The notes under the pieces: model-generated
Databases searched by the model: none
What the model was told of the DNA's origin: nothing
What the model saw: the letters and a program-made list of their open reading frames with translations, nothing else
In this document: one piece after another, positions 38,461 to 50,748 of the stretch
How the letters are laid out: every line of letters starts with the position of its first letter
Position numbering within the stretch: the first letter of the stretch is position 1
Translations under genes and position numbers: made by a program
Source of the DNA: Mytilus edulis
Lineage: Eukaryota
Assembly (NCBI RefSeq): GCF_963676685.1
Contig: NC_092346.1
Coordinates: 35,464,001-35,528,000 of the forward strand
Length of the DNA: 64,000 nucleotides
Direction: 5' to 3'

Positions 38461-41028
38461 GTAAATGCAATTTCATTCTTGATATTAGCTTCCTTATATG
38501 ACATATCATATTTGGCATAAGCTTCCCAAGATGACACACATTTCGTGACCTTGTCTACATTTTGAATAAATTACTCGGTTTAACCTTAAATAACATGCAT
38601 TTATCTTTTTTGACCGTCACTACCGTGTCTGGCATATATTTCAAGACATCAACTACTTTCAAAAGTTACTTTATCTATTGAGCTTCTTGCCCTTTTCTTT
38701 TCGTGTTTTTCGAACCTTATTTAATCATGTGCCTGTGCGTTTTACAATTAAAAGTCACTTTAATACATATGATATCGCCATGTAAAATTTCACACGTACT
38801 GGGAATGATTATTTTTACACCACATGTACAAAATACATGAATCAACCAAGACACAATTAATATTAATTGAAATGCACTAATGATAGTCTCAGGAAGATAT
38901 TAATATCCCATAAGTGTTTGTTTACCATATATGACAAGTATCGTAAATCTGTTGCAAAATAGGATTTATCACGTGTTCAAGAAAACACCAGCATCAGGTT
39001 TTGGGAGAAACTAAACTTGAATAAAATTGAGAGTGGAAATTGGGAATGGGTCAAGAGACAAAGGTTGCCAATGGGCCTTTTAGACGGTAAGTATCTCGTA
39101 CCGGAGGTGGGTTTCATCTGCCCCTAAATAAAATCGTGTACTAGTTCAGTGAAAATAGACGTCCCACAACTTCAAAACATGTAAATGAACCAAAACAAAA
39201 ACAATTAAAAACCAATTGTTCAGAGAACCATTGATGGTCTTTCCACCAGTTAAGACCTTTTTTTATATGAAAATATTAAAATTTGGTTTTAAATGTCAAT
39301 TTTAGCGTCAAATGACAGCTTTTTGAAAGCTTATCAAAAAAATATATGGTTTCTATCAAAAAATATATATTAAAGGGAGATAATCTGTTACTTCCGGTTT
39401 AAAAAGTTTACTTCCGGTATTGTTTGATAGTTTACTTGACACTGATTCCAAAAATATATGGTTCTATATACTTTTACATTGATTTAGTACAAAAAATAGC
39501 TACTTCCGGTTTACAAAAGGTCACTTCCGGTTGTGTTTTTTAAGGTCACATTGCTTACAACTTAATGCAAAAAGTCCCATGGCTTTATCATGTGTAAATA
39601 TGAGGTAAAAGCAAAGGTCAAAATCTAGAACGTTTAATTAGCATATGACCTTGAGCTCAATTTCAAGGTCATAAAACAAGGACCTCAAATCAAAAGACTC
39701 TAGTCCTTTACTTTATATTGTTAATGAGTTATATTTCCATACGTATGATATTAGATATAAAAAGGGGGAAAACTCGCGTCAAATGTCTACGTACCCTTTC
39801 GACTAAAATTTATGTGTTACGACATGTCGTAACTAACAATTGTGTGAAAATATTTTGTCGATATCTTGTATGATTTCTGAAAATAAGAGATAACAAGCCA
39901 AAATCAAAAATTTGAACATGACCTTGACCTTTGACCTTGACCTCATTTTTATACTTTTTGAGCAAGGGCCTCAAATCAAAAGACCCTAGGCCTCTATCAC
40001 TTATGGTTTTCCAGTTACAAATTTATTTCATTTATTTCAATACAAAAGGGGAAATTACTCTCATATGGGGTCTTCGTAAAGCTTCGGTCAAAATAAAACG
40101 TAACATCCTGAGGATATAACGAGCAATTTGGAAAAATAAATTTGTCGCTTTCTTTTACGGTTGCGGAGGAGATCTGATAACAAGAAAAACAGTGTTTGGG
40201 GAGATAACTCTTACAAAGAAAAGTGTTCGGTTAAACAGGGTGAGTTTCAAAAGCGTATAGACTGTATGATATCATATACAAAAAAACTAAGCGACATCTT
40301 TTGAAACATTTATACACCGCAAGAAAAAAATTATGCGGAAGAAAAAAAAAAGAAAAAAAAAATAATCAGAACAAAATCAATAGGTCTTTCCACACGGAAA
40401 GGTGGAAAGACCTAAATATGTACAAGACTAACAAAGGCCAGAGTCCCTGACTTGGGGAGGGGAGAAAAAATGCGGCAGAGTTAAACATGTTTTGTGAGAT
40501 ATCTATCCCATCATATATACCTCGGGCTCCAGCCAATGTTGATTAAACAAACTCTCAAACACCTGAAGGTAGTATTTGGTACTTTATTACTCGTATACTA
40601 GAATTTTATCATGACATTGTACTATAACAATACTCAGTTAAAACTTGTCTAGTCTACTTTCTCGGGAGTGGTTATAGCAAGCTGTGAACAAGCACATCAA
40701 AAACTCCGGCTCAAGGTGTCGATCTAGTACAACGCAGGGTTAATATTCATATTACATGAACATGTTCTCGTCCTGAATATGCATATTAAAAGTTGCCGCT
40801 TGATGTATAGCAGTTATTCGTCAGTATTATAATCATCATCGGTTCGTGTGTCCTCTCTTCGTTCGTGTTTGTTCGATTGAAAATAAATGTATAGTTTATT
40901 TTGACAATTGAAATTAAAATTGTGTGTGTGTTGTTCCAGTATGTGATGGGATTTTGTGTTGCACGACTATACCAATGTCTCAATTTTCTACTACTTTTAA
41001 ATGTGTTAAATCCACACATAATGATAAA

Positions 41029-41112
41029 TACATAAATCACAGTTTTAAAAACATAAATCACAGTTTTAAAAACATAAATCACAGTTTTAAAAACATAAAT
41101 CACAGTTTTAAA
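41029..41112 (+). repeat. 21-bp tandem repeat ACATAAATCACAGTTTTAAAA, about 4 copies
   Basis: Read directly from the sequence. Confidence 0.9.
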
Positions 41113-41189
41113 TCACCAGAAACCTTCGGATTTGGTCAGAAAAAAAGGACACGAGGTCCAGCAGTTAAGTTGTTTCATTATCAGTTTTA

Positions 41190-41441
41190 TATGGTGCCTG
41201 GATGCGGTCATTTCACCTTTTCGCGTATTCGCATTTTCTCCTATAACTTTGCAAATGCAAAATCAAGAAAGCGAGAAAGCGAATACGAGAAATCGAGAAA
41301 TCGGAAAATTGAGGAATCGTGAAATCGTGAAAATTGAGAAATCGAAAAATTGAGAAATTGAGAAACCCATTTTCCGATTTCCTAATTTCTCGTTTTCGCG
41401 TGAAGAGAAAAAGCGAAAACGGAAAATGTCCAGCCACCATA
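41190..41441. mobile_element. MITE with TATGGTG(C/G)CTGGA termini (IS3EU-like) and internal GAGAAATC repeats
   Basis: TATGGTGCCTGGA ... TCCAGCCACCATA. The TSD is not clear. Confidence 0.55.
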
Positions 41442-42890
41442 GCTATTAACAGTTAGATAGTTATCAAAGGTACCAGGATTATAATTTAGTACGCCAGACG
41501 AACGTTTCGTCTACGTAATACTCATTACAAAACGTATGACGATTAAAATTATGGAAGTAGCGGCTGTTTATCGTGGTGGTCATTGTTTATTGTTGGAGGA
41601 AACCGGAGTGCCTGGCCTCGGAGAGATCCACCGACCTTCAAAGGAATGTTATAGTCAAATAAGATTTCAGTACTCCTTAATGTCTCGTGCTTATAGCAAA
41701 GAAGCAGCAAATACCATATATAAGTCTTTTGGGTTTACACTGACAGGGGTTCGAACCTGGAAATGTACGTACTTCTGGACACCACTGAACAAGTTTATTG
41801 AAACTATCCTCGTTTGAATGTGTATGTTTTTTTATTATGAAATTGAGAATGGGAATGCGGAATGTGTCAAAGAGACAACAACCCGTCCAAAGTCAAAGAG
41901 CAGAAAACAGCCGAAGGTCACCAATGGGTCGTCTACGCAGCTAGAAAATCCCGCATTCGGAGGCGAACTAAGACTGACCCGTTAACAAAAGTGTACTAAT
42001 TCAGTGGAAATGCACGTCATACTCATGAACTAAAATTTAAAAAAAAACATACAAGAGCGACAAAGGCTTTGTTATTGCATTCCTATGTGGTTGAATCATC
42101 GAGTCTGTTGGTCCTATAATCGAGAGAAGTTTAATTATACCGTCACACGAAATTTTGCTGTTGTAAATTAGAGGAATTTTTCAATTTCAAATATCTGTCA
42201 TCTAATTTAAATGCTGTATGTATAAAATTAATAGATGAAATGAAAAATGCATGTATAAATTACGACCTCTGTCTAAAGATTATAAATCAAGTGCTGCCCC
42301 CACACGGGAATGCACCGTAATCAAGTACGATTTCAGGTGAAGAGCAAGTATAAATTAGTTTCTGGAAGAGATGTTTAATGGAAAGGTGATAATTTATAAC
42401 CGAAAGATTAGAGAAAAGTAAATGCGAATAAAATGACTATTATAGATTAACGCTGGAAGAGACAGCAACCTAAATGTAAAACACCGAAATCTTCATAGCT
42501 TCTTTGGATTGAAAAAAAAAAGTATTATTATCAAGTTTTTTAAATTAAAAAAATAAAACATTTCGTAAATAATTTTTTTTTAGTACATTTTTTTATGAGG
42601 GTCTGGATGCGGTCTACAGAATACGAACTATGCCATGACATTTCAAGAGTTGAGGTTAAAAAGGGGAAAAAATCAAAAGAAAACTATCATTTTGCATTAA
42701 GCATGATATCATGCATGGTGTAAATAAGATCATACACGCAGCAAATCGGAGTAACGCCCTCGTGCGTATATCTTATACTGATAAAAGATTTTAATGAACT
42801 GGAAAATTAAATATACAAAGTATCATTATCAAACCATGCCAATGAAATTGTCAGAATTAAAGGGAAATTATACGATTTGGGAGTATTCCT

Positions 42891-43336
42891 ATATCGTCGC
42901 TGGGCTTCTAAAATGTTGTAAATTACAAATTTTTCAAGAAAAAAATATCTCACAAACAGGCTTTGAAAATTTTGGCAAAGTGCATTCTTCCAAAATGTCG
43001 TATGTGAACTTGAACATTTTTGTAAATAGCAGTGAAATAAAAACTTTGACATTTCTGGATTATCCAAGAACAAGAAATGTACAATTATTTTTTTCCCAAA
43101 GCCATTCTACAACGATTTTCAAGTTTTCCGACATACAACATTTTGGAAGCAAACTTTACAAACAACTGACATTGGCAATTTTGTAATATGTCTTATTTCA
43201 CACATTTTGATTGGTCTAATTGTATGCTATTTTGTAATACCAAAGATTTCCTCCCCGCCCAGACCATTGGTTTCAAAAAGTATTTTTAGCCAAAAATAAA
43301 GTCATATACGACATTTTAGAAGCCCAGCGACGATAT
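42891..43336. mobile_element. MITE with 26-bp perfect TIR ATATCGTCGCTGGGCTTCTAAAATGT
   Basis: Inverted termini read directly from the sequence. Confidence 0.75.
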
Positions 43337-44979
43337 GTCACGGCACTACCCTCCATGTGGTATGATTATGTTAATTTGTTGTTTAATCTATTTATTAAAC
43401 ATCGTGATTTTGCAACGCGTGTTTTCTGTCCTCTGTATTAATGTTTCATAACAAATCAGCGTAGTTTTAAAAATTTCGCTGCAACTTGTAAAAATAGTGC
43501 GCGTATTGAAGTGCTTTGTTTCATTGTAATCTTTTTTGCCGACACGATGTGTGATGGTTATGATATAATTAAAGATTTTGTTTATGTCAGCTGTTTAGCT
43601 TATGTAAACTTGCTTAATTTGTGTTACGAGTTAAATTGTAAACAATATAAAAAAAGCCCTCAGTCACCATTATTATATATTTTGTTCGCCATACGTGCGT
43701 TTCCTCTAATCTGTCGATATCTATATTTTGGCAATGCACACGGTCATGTTTTTCTCTAACTGTTAATTAAGTCTTTATACTAAATCCATTGGATGTTGGA
43801 TATGTCAGACTAAGATACATGATTTTTTTAAAATTAGTTTGTATTGGCTTTGAACTGACTGTCAGTAACTGCTAGTACCCTCGGATCTGTATCGTGTTTT
43901 TTGTTGTTGTTGTTGTTAAGGATGAGGGATGGATAATACCCTGCCACGTCCTGCCTGCATGTGTTTTTGTATCGATCTGATGAGTAACTAGTATCAAATG
44001 AATTTTATATTTTGTTCTTAAGTTATGCTGTTACACCAATGTCTAGGGATAAGGGAGGGTTGAGAGCTCACAAATGTTTTCATGTTGGGGCCTTTTATAG
44101 TCGACTATACGGTATGGGCTTTTGTCGTTGTTGAAGGCCATACAATCATACCACATCTCCTTAGTTTTACATAAAATAACACGTCTCTTTATTTTCATAT
44201 TCATGAGTTTTTATCACATGGATGAATTTGACTAAGAATTCTAAGAACTAGACTAGAATCTATGTATTTCAATAATTTTATCTATTTTGCAAATAATACA
44301 ATTTTAATGAAAGACTTACATTTAAGAATGATTAACAACATTTACAAAAACAATTAACAATCTTGAAAATACATTTATACAATTAATGAACCTAACCGCA
44401 GTTGTTTCAAGTCAAAAACGAATACACCTCATATAACAGCAATTGCCCGGCACAAAAAAGTGGTATACATAGAACTACAGAGAACCATCTCTGTAAAAAT
44501 CAGCTGAACGTTTTAATCACTTTCGATCGTTAAGGAAATATTGAGCTTCTCAATGATCAAAATTTAAAAAAAAATGTTCATATTTTTTCTAATTCATTGG
44601 TTTTTTGTGAAAGGGTTAAAGTAAATATTTTGTGAAATTTTATGAACATGAAACACGCCAAATTAATTTTAGTCAAGGTGTTTGTTACCACCTTATATAT
44701 CAAACCATGCAATTGTGTTTCAGCAGACGAGAGTGCAAGTTTGTTAGAAATATCACAGTTCTGTCGGAATGTACAAACGTCTGTGATTGGTTAAACGCAA
44801 ATAGTATACTGAATTAAGTTTCGTCTCAGCATCTTTGTTTCATGAAACAATGGTGATTCAAAGGTTCATTATGCAGCAAATACGGTCTTTTGAATAAGTT
44901 AGAAGTTTTATACACATGCGGAATTGATACTGGCTGTACAATTGAGATCTTTTGTTTCAGATTATCATACATGATATGA

Positions 44980-47900
44980 TTATCCATTCTTCATGGCAAT
45001 TTTATTTTTTAAATTATTTTTCTTTCTTTCTTCCATCGTTCTCTTAGCTTTAGGTCCACGCTTACGTCTTCTCTTCGTTCTTCTATTTTTACGATTTTTC
45101 TGTTTACGTCTCCGTCTTTTCTTGGATTTTTTGTTTTTACGCTTTAATTGTTTTCTATTTTTTCGTCGTTTAGCACTTATATCAAATTCTGTCTCTTGGT
45201 ATTGTACATTTGTTCCGTGTTCCTGTGTCCCTACCATTCCGCACGCTCCCTTGTGGGCCATTCGGATGCGTTTTGCTCTGTGACATGACGTAACTCTCAA
45301 GTGACATCTAGATTCATACGTATTTCCATCTTTGCCACATACGTGTCTCCGTCGGCCTTTGCATACAAATGGGTTCGGACAAGTACAAAGAGGCAATCCT
45401 TGCATGTTTTCCATACACACTTTGAACCTGGGACACGACACTTGTTCACATGCACCATCTGCAAAGAAAAAATAAGAATTGCAATTTAATATGGCATAAC
45501 AAACAATACAGCACAGGCACTTGTTTCTGTCAATATGGGTTTATCTATCCATACCCGTACGAAAAATCACAGGATATGTCCACAATGGACTTGTTCATAT
45601 ACTATTTGCCGAATACAAGACTTAAGAATAGACTAGAGAATTGAAACTTAAAATATGCCAAAGAGACAACAACCCGGAACAGAAAACATGTACACGAGAT
45701 TTCATTTAGTATCATTTTAAGAATATAGCTGTTTACGTTCCCTTTATCTTCTTGCAGTGACTTTTTGTCAGCCGATTTTCAGTTTCCTTTGAACTATTTT
45801 TTGTGAACCAAATATTTTTACGAGCGGTCTGGCTCGTGGTTAATTATATAGTTGGTAGTTACATGTGCTCTATATTAACGAGACTAAAACCAAATTTTGA
45901 CAAAAACGATTGAAAAAGCCTTTTTTCCATAAAATCGCGGCTATATATTAATTATAACATCATGGGAATAGATCGTGAAACTACCTTATCTTTAAACTAG
46001 ACAAAAATGGAAATTTTGAAAGATTAAACTTCAGTGAAAAATTAAGTCGAATAACGCACTTATCGAAACTTGTTCTTTTTTTTAACAATAGTTCTAACCA
46101 CAACACAAACACAAACAACAATCACCACCATCACGCACACACACACACACACAAATTAACTGATTTATGCCGTCTATTTTCTACACCACACTCATCAGTT
46201 AATTATTGTATTTGAACTTTTCCCAACCCTATAATCAGCGAGCTAATAAGTAAAAGCAATTGACTAGGTTTTTTTTACAAAATGTGATACAAAATTGAAT
46301 TACGGATTATATCTTTTCCGGGCAGGTGTGCCTGGTTGTATTATTACCCCACTGGAATCCAAAAAGACAAAGGAAAAACTAAAGTATCCATATTGATTAC
46401 TCTGTTGTCAGAATTACGTACGATTTATGGGCTAGATATTAACATTTCCTACAATTAAACGAGTTGTATAATTTCACTGGCTAAAAACGGATATACGTTT
46501 TTGGAACTAATAGTTTTGTTTTGGAATCTACATTGGTCTTTTTCATAATAGTCGTAGGCGTGGGAACATGCATATCTTGTGATCGTAGCTATTTTGATTC
46601 ATTCATAACTTGTCATAAGTGAATGTCGTAGGCTGTTACATTGAAAAATTTCAATACTGCACGTTATCTTTGAATGATCAGCTGCAACTAACTGCACCTT
46701 AGATGGAGGTCTCAGTAAAAGTACTTGTGTTTAAACTTAAAAAGTTCGAGATCAGATATAATATGTACTTTAAAAGACAATTACTAGCCATAGTTACAGT
46801 GATGAATCATGTTTCCACATTTCAAACATTTTTCACGAAACTTGGAACTCAATGAAACTGTCACAAACACGTTCGCTATATCACAGGCATTTGTCTCAGA
46901 AAAAAAAATCCTATAAACCTTACGTTATATTTAGGTATCTGGCCTTTGTTAGTCTTGTTTTATTTTAATTTTTCTTTCTTGTGTACAATTTGGAAATTAG
47001 TATGGCGTTCGTTCATTATCACTGAACTAGAATATATTTGTTTAGGGGCCAGCTGAAGGACGCCTCCGGGTGCGGGAATTTCTCGCTACATTGAAGACCT
47101 GTCGGTGACCTTCTGCTGTTGTTTTTTTCTATGGTCGGGTTGTTGTCTCTTTGGCACATTCCCCATTTCCATTCTCAATTTTATATAGATTTTTTTTCTT
47201 TGACAAGTGCCTGTGCGCTATACGAATTAAAAGCAATAAAGTGCTTTAAGATCTGGATACAAAGCTTGAATTCCACAAAGCCGGTGCTAGGGGCCGGCGT
47301 AAACTTGTAGTGAGGTGAGAGATTTTTTCTCCGTGTTGAAGGCCTCACTGTGATGAAGAACAGCAATAAAAGCGCTGTTCCTTCGGTTTTTGTGTGTTTT
47401 TTTCTTTCTTTCTTATACATGTTCTTATTTTGTGTCATGGATAGATACCACATTTCCTTTGTTTTTCTACTGAAAAAATGGCTTGACATGTTCGGCTTTA
47501 TAATTCTGCTCATAATTCAAAACAAGACACTCATATAGATTGGACCGTTTGTTTTCACGTTTGAATGGTTTTACACTAGTAATTTTGGGGCCCTTTTTAT
47601 CTTGTTGTTTAGTGTGAACCAAGGCTCCGTGTTGAAGGCATTGCATTGACCTATAATGGTTTACTTTTATAAATTGTTATTTGGATGGAGAGTTGTCTCA
47701 TTGGCACTCATACCACATCTTCCTATATCTACTATGGTCTCAACACTTTAACAAAATAGGTGTCTGCACATCTCTATGATATCCTCCTATACACATACTT
47801 GTAACAGAAGCTGTTTGTGAATTTTACATCATTTCGGAGTAAAAAAAAATCATATTTTTTAGACGATTTGGAAACCCATATGTTTTCTTCTTTGTCGTTA

Positions 47901-48059
47901 TGATATTACCATTTACTATCAATTAATACCTAACTATATACTAAAGACTGTCCCTTTTACTATATAAAATAAGAGACAATAAACCAATTCAGCTTCTGAT
48001 ATGTTCACTTTTGCTATGATTCAACGGGGAACCCTAAAAGTGTGTAGTGGCGGTTCCAT

Positions 48060-48091
<32 letters not shown>

Positions 48092-50748
48092 CCGGAGGTT
48101 GGAACCCCCCCTTCTTTGGCCTATCAATGCATTTGAATGGGGACATATGGTTAGACACCCCCTTTTATCTTGGGTTGGTTTTTTTTAAAATGGCTGGATC
48201 CGCCCCTGGTGTGTTCAACTACCTTTCAACGATATTGACTTTAACATATCGGTAGTTTTGTGCCTCCGGATAAAGTCGCAGTACCAAGAGAGGACCAACG
48301 ATCTTCAACGAGACAACATCACTGTCAATCCTTGTAAATTTTTTTAAAACTTGGTTATTCTTTTTGGGTCGCTTTAGTACATAAAGCTCATTACGTGTCT
48401 ACGTAGTTATATATCCCTGCATGGTTTCCAAATGTTAAGTTTAAATGTTCCTGATGGAGGTTTATCAAGAAAATCGCTTTGGACGCACGAAATTTATAAA
48501 GCGCTATTTCCATTTATTGATATATTGTAATTAAACAGATACTAGCATTGTATTTAGGAACATTTACTCCAATATATTAAACAGACATTGATGAAAATAA
48601 CAAAAACGGCGTGTGTAGATATTCTGAGGTAAATCGAGGATTTACGATTTTTATCCAATTTGGATATATCTTGTATATTTTTTCTAATTTCTTTGTATCC
48701 ACGTAAAAATATTTGATTTCACTTTTTTAAGCATCTTGCACATATCTTGCATTCGCATGAGCGTTTTTCAAATTATTGTGTACAAAAACATTTCAAATAC
48801 TTCACTCCCTTATACATAGCAAAATTTTTTAAGAGTGTGGTCCCTCAATTCCTACGAAGTGTCTAAATGGCCAATATTTTTTTTTTTGCATTATGAATAG
48901 AACTTCTGCTCATTTCATACAATTTGATTTTTTCCCATCACCTTAATTAATCTCTTTCTTTGAAAAAAAGAACATTAGAAAGAATACAATGAAAAGAAGG
49001 TATAATGACAATGACAGAAACCCAAAAATAAACAAAACAAAGACACCCAGATGTCAACATCTGACTTTAAATGAGCCTGCGACAAAAGTAACATAATTAA
49101 CAAGCTGAGTTGAGTAGCGTAAAAAATGATTTCTTATATAATGAACTATACGGTGACCTATAGTTGTTTTAAAATGTCTGTCATTTTGGTCTCTTGTGGA
49201 CAGTTGTCTCATTGGCAATCATCCCACATCTTCTTTTTTATCTATCTAAGGTCTGCCATTTGTTTCTAAGTATGGATAGTAAAATTGGGGTTTTTCTCTG
49301 AGTCGTTTAAATCAGTCGAAACTATGAATTATAAATATAGAAAATTAAATATTTTAATCTGTATCATATACCCAAGCGCCTGTGTCCGAAAGCACTCAAG
49401 AAACAGTTACATTTAACTTAAAAGGGGCTTATTTGGTTCCTGACAAATGAACATGAAGCGGTGTGAAACGATTTCAAGCATTCTTACTTTTAAGTTTTCT
49501 TTCAAAATGCAATTTAACTGTGACAGCAATAAACCTTTAAAGATCTTTATTTCCAGACATATATTGGGACAATGATTGGGTTGCTGTCTCAGTGGCATGT
49601 AACCCTTGTGATTGCCTATAATTGCTAACAACTATGGGTTGCCTCATATGATAGGCAATCTAAAAAACGTCTCCGCGTATTTTTTATGAAGTTAAAGGGA
49701 AACAACTCAAATTTTCTTAAAAAACGAAACCTGAACTGCACCCATCTGTAATTTTCACATCAATTACGCCTATAGAAATGGAAATGAACACTTGTAATTT
49801 ATTAAGTTTATGAAGGATCTGTGATTCATATACATTTATAAACCACAAGAGTATCAAGTTTCACTAATATTAAGAGTTTTTAATAATCTTAATATAGGTT
49901 AATGTTTGATTGACACCTATTCCCCGTACAGACATCACCAACATTTCTTACTTGTTAGTTTAATTTAAAATAAGTTATTACATAACTGTATACTTATCTC
50001 CGATTACATTAAAGCGACCATAAAAGTCAGTTTATAATTTATACACTTCTATAAGCCTTAACAATGACAACCGCTCTGCTGAATAAATATGATAAAATTA
50101 TATGAAAGAATTCAGGGGGTGGCTTTAACACCTTTGTAAGTCAACATTTCGTAATTTATGTAAACAGCATACTTGATGTAAATCTATAATACTTGTCTGA
50201 GCTATGTTTTTACATGTACATTTGTCAAATTTCTACACAAATACCGTCTGACACGGTTAATCATGAGCTGATAAATAAATACATGTTTTAAAGACCCAGT
50301 CCGTGAGAAAACTATAAAATAGTGTAAAGCTTCTTAAATCTTTCAGTATTAAGTGTGAAAACAGATATATGTTGTCACTTAATAAACTTATTGATTGAAA
50401 AGTAGTTTTAAAACTCATTTTATATCAATCTGATAAAATTATATAATTACAAATAGAGTTTCTAGGAATAAAGATGATATGTTTTACACATTATTGGAAA
50501 AATTAAGAAAAAAAATACCTCTTACCTTTTTGAGCGTAAGTACTATTGAATCCAATATTTGTCGAACAATCCGGACAACAGCGACATCTGTCTTTCACTA
50601 TTTCTCCATCACAGAATTGTAATTTTGGACACTTTTTTAAGTCACATTCATTAGGACACGGGGTCTGATACCTCTTAAGAGGTTCTCCCCAAGTTAGGTG
50701 GAAGAACAACCACAGTATTAAATTGGATAAAATATAGCTAAGTTCCAT
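44980..50748 (-). CDS. Secreted cysteine-rich protein, 233 aa: signal peptide, N-terminal half IGFBP domain, follistatin (FOLN + Kazal) module and K/R-rich tail (IGFBP-rP/follistatin-like). Exons 50748-50526 and 45458-44980
   Basis: Exon 1 encodes MELSYILSNLILWLFFHLTWG (signal) and CPNECDLKKCPKLQFCDGEIVKDRCRCCPDC, ending at donor AG|GTAAG. The acceptor TTTGCAG| joins in frame to DGACEQVSCPRFKVCMENMQGLPLCTCPNPFVCKGRRRHVCGKDGNTYESRCHLRVTSCHRAKRIRMAHKGAC (10 Cys; Kazal VCGxDGxTYxSxC). Confidence 0.85.
46938..47185 (+). repeat. Abundant dispersed repeat (GAAGACC..TGGTG.CCTTC..GGGTTGTTGTCTCTTTG.CACATTCCCCATTTCCATTCTCAATTTT); other copies at ~1945-2035, 3930-4025, 4130-4395, 31945-32012, 39020-39200 (-) and 41838-42065 (-)
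   Basis: Multiple similar copies within the window. The class is not determined. Confidence 0.75.
47540..47732 (+). repeat. Dispersed repeat ending GAGAGTTGTCTCATTGGCACTCATACCACATCTTCCTAT; other copies at ~2060-2172, 11430-11560, 44085-44165, 49150-49240, 35690-35760 (-) and 56040-56110 (-)
   Basis: Multiple similar copies within the window. The class is not determined. Confidence 0.7.
48045..48208. mobile_element. Poly-G/C MITE, 5-bp TSD GTGTG
   Basis: GTGTG|TAGTGGCGGTTCCA ... TGGATCCGCCCCTG|GTGTG. Confidence 0.75.

Noticed and set aside
44993-45283. Hydrophobic 96-aa plus-strand ORF
   Set aside because: It is the antisense shadow of the K/R-rich exon of the follistatin/Kazal gene.
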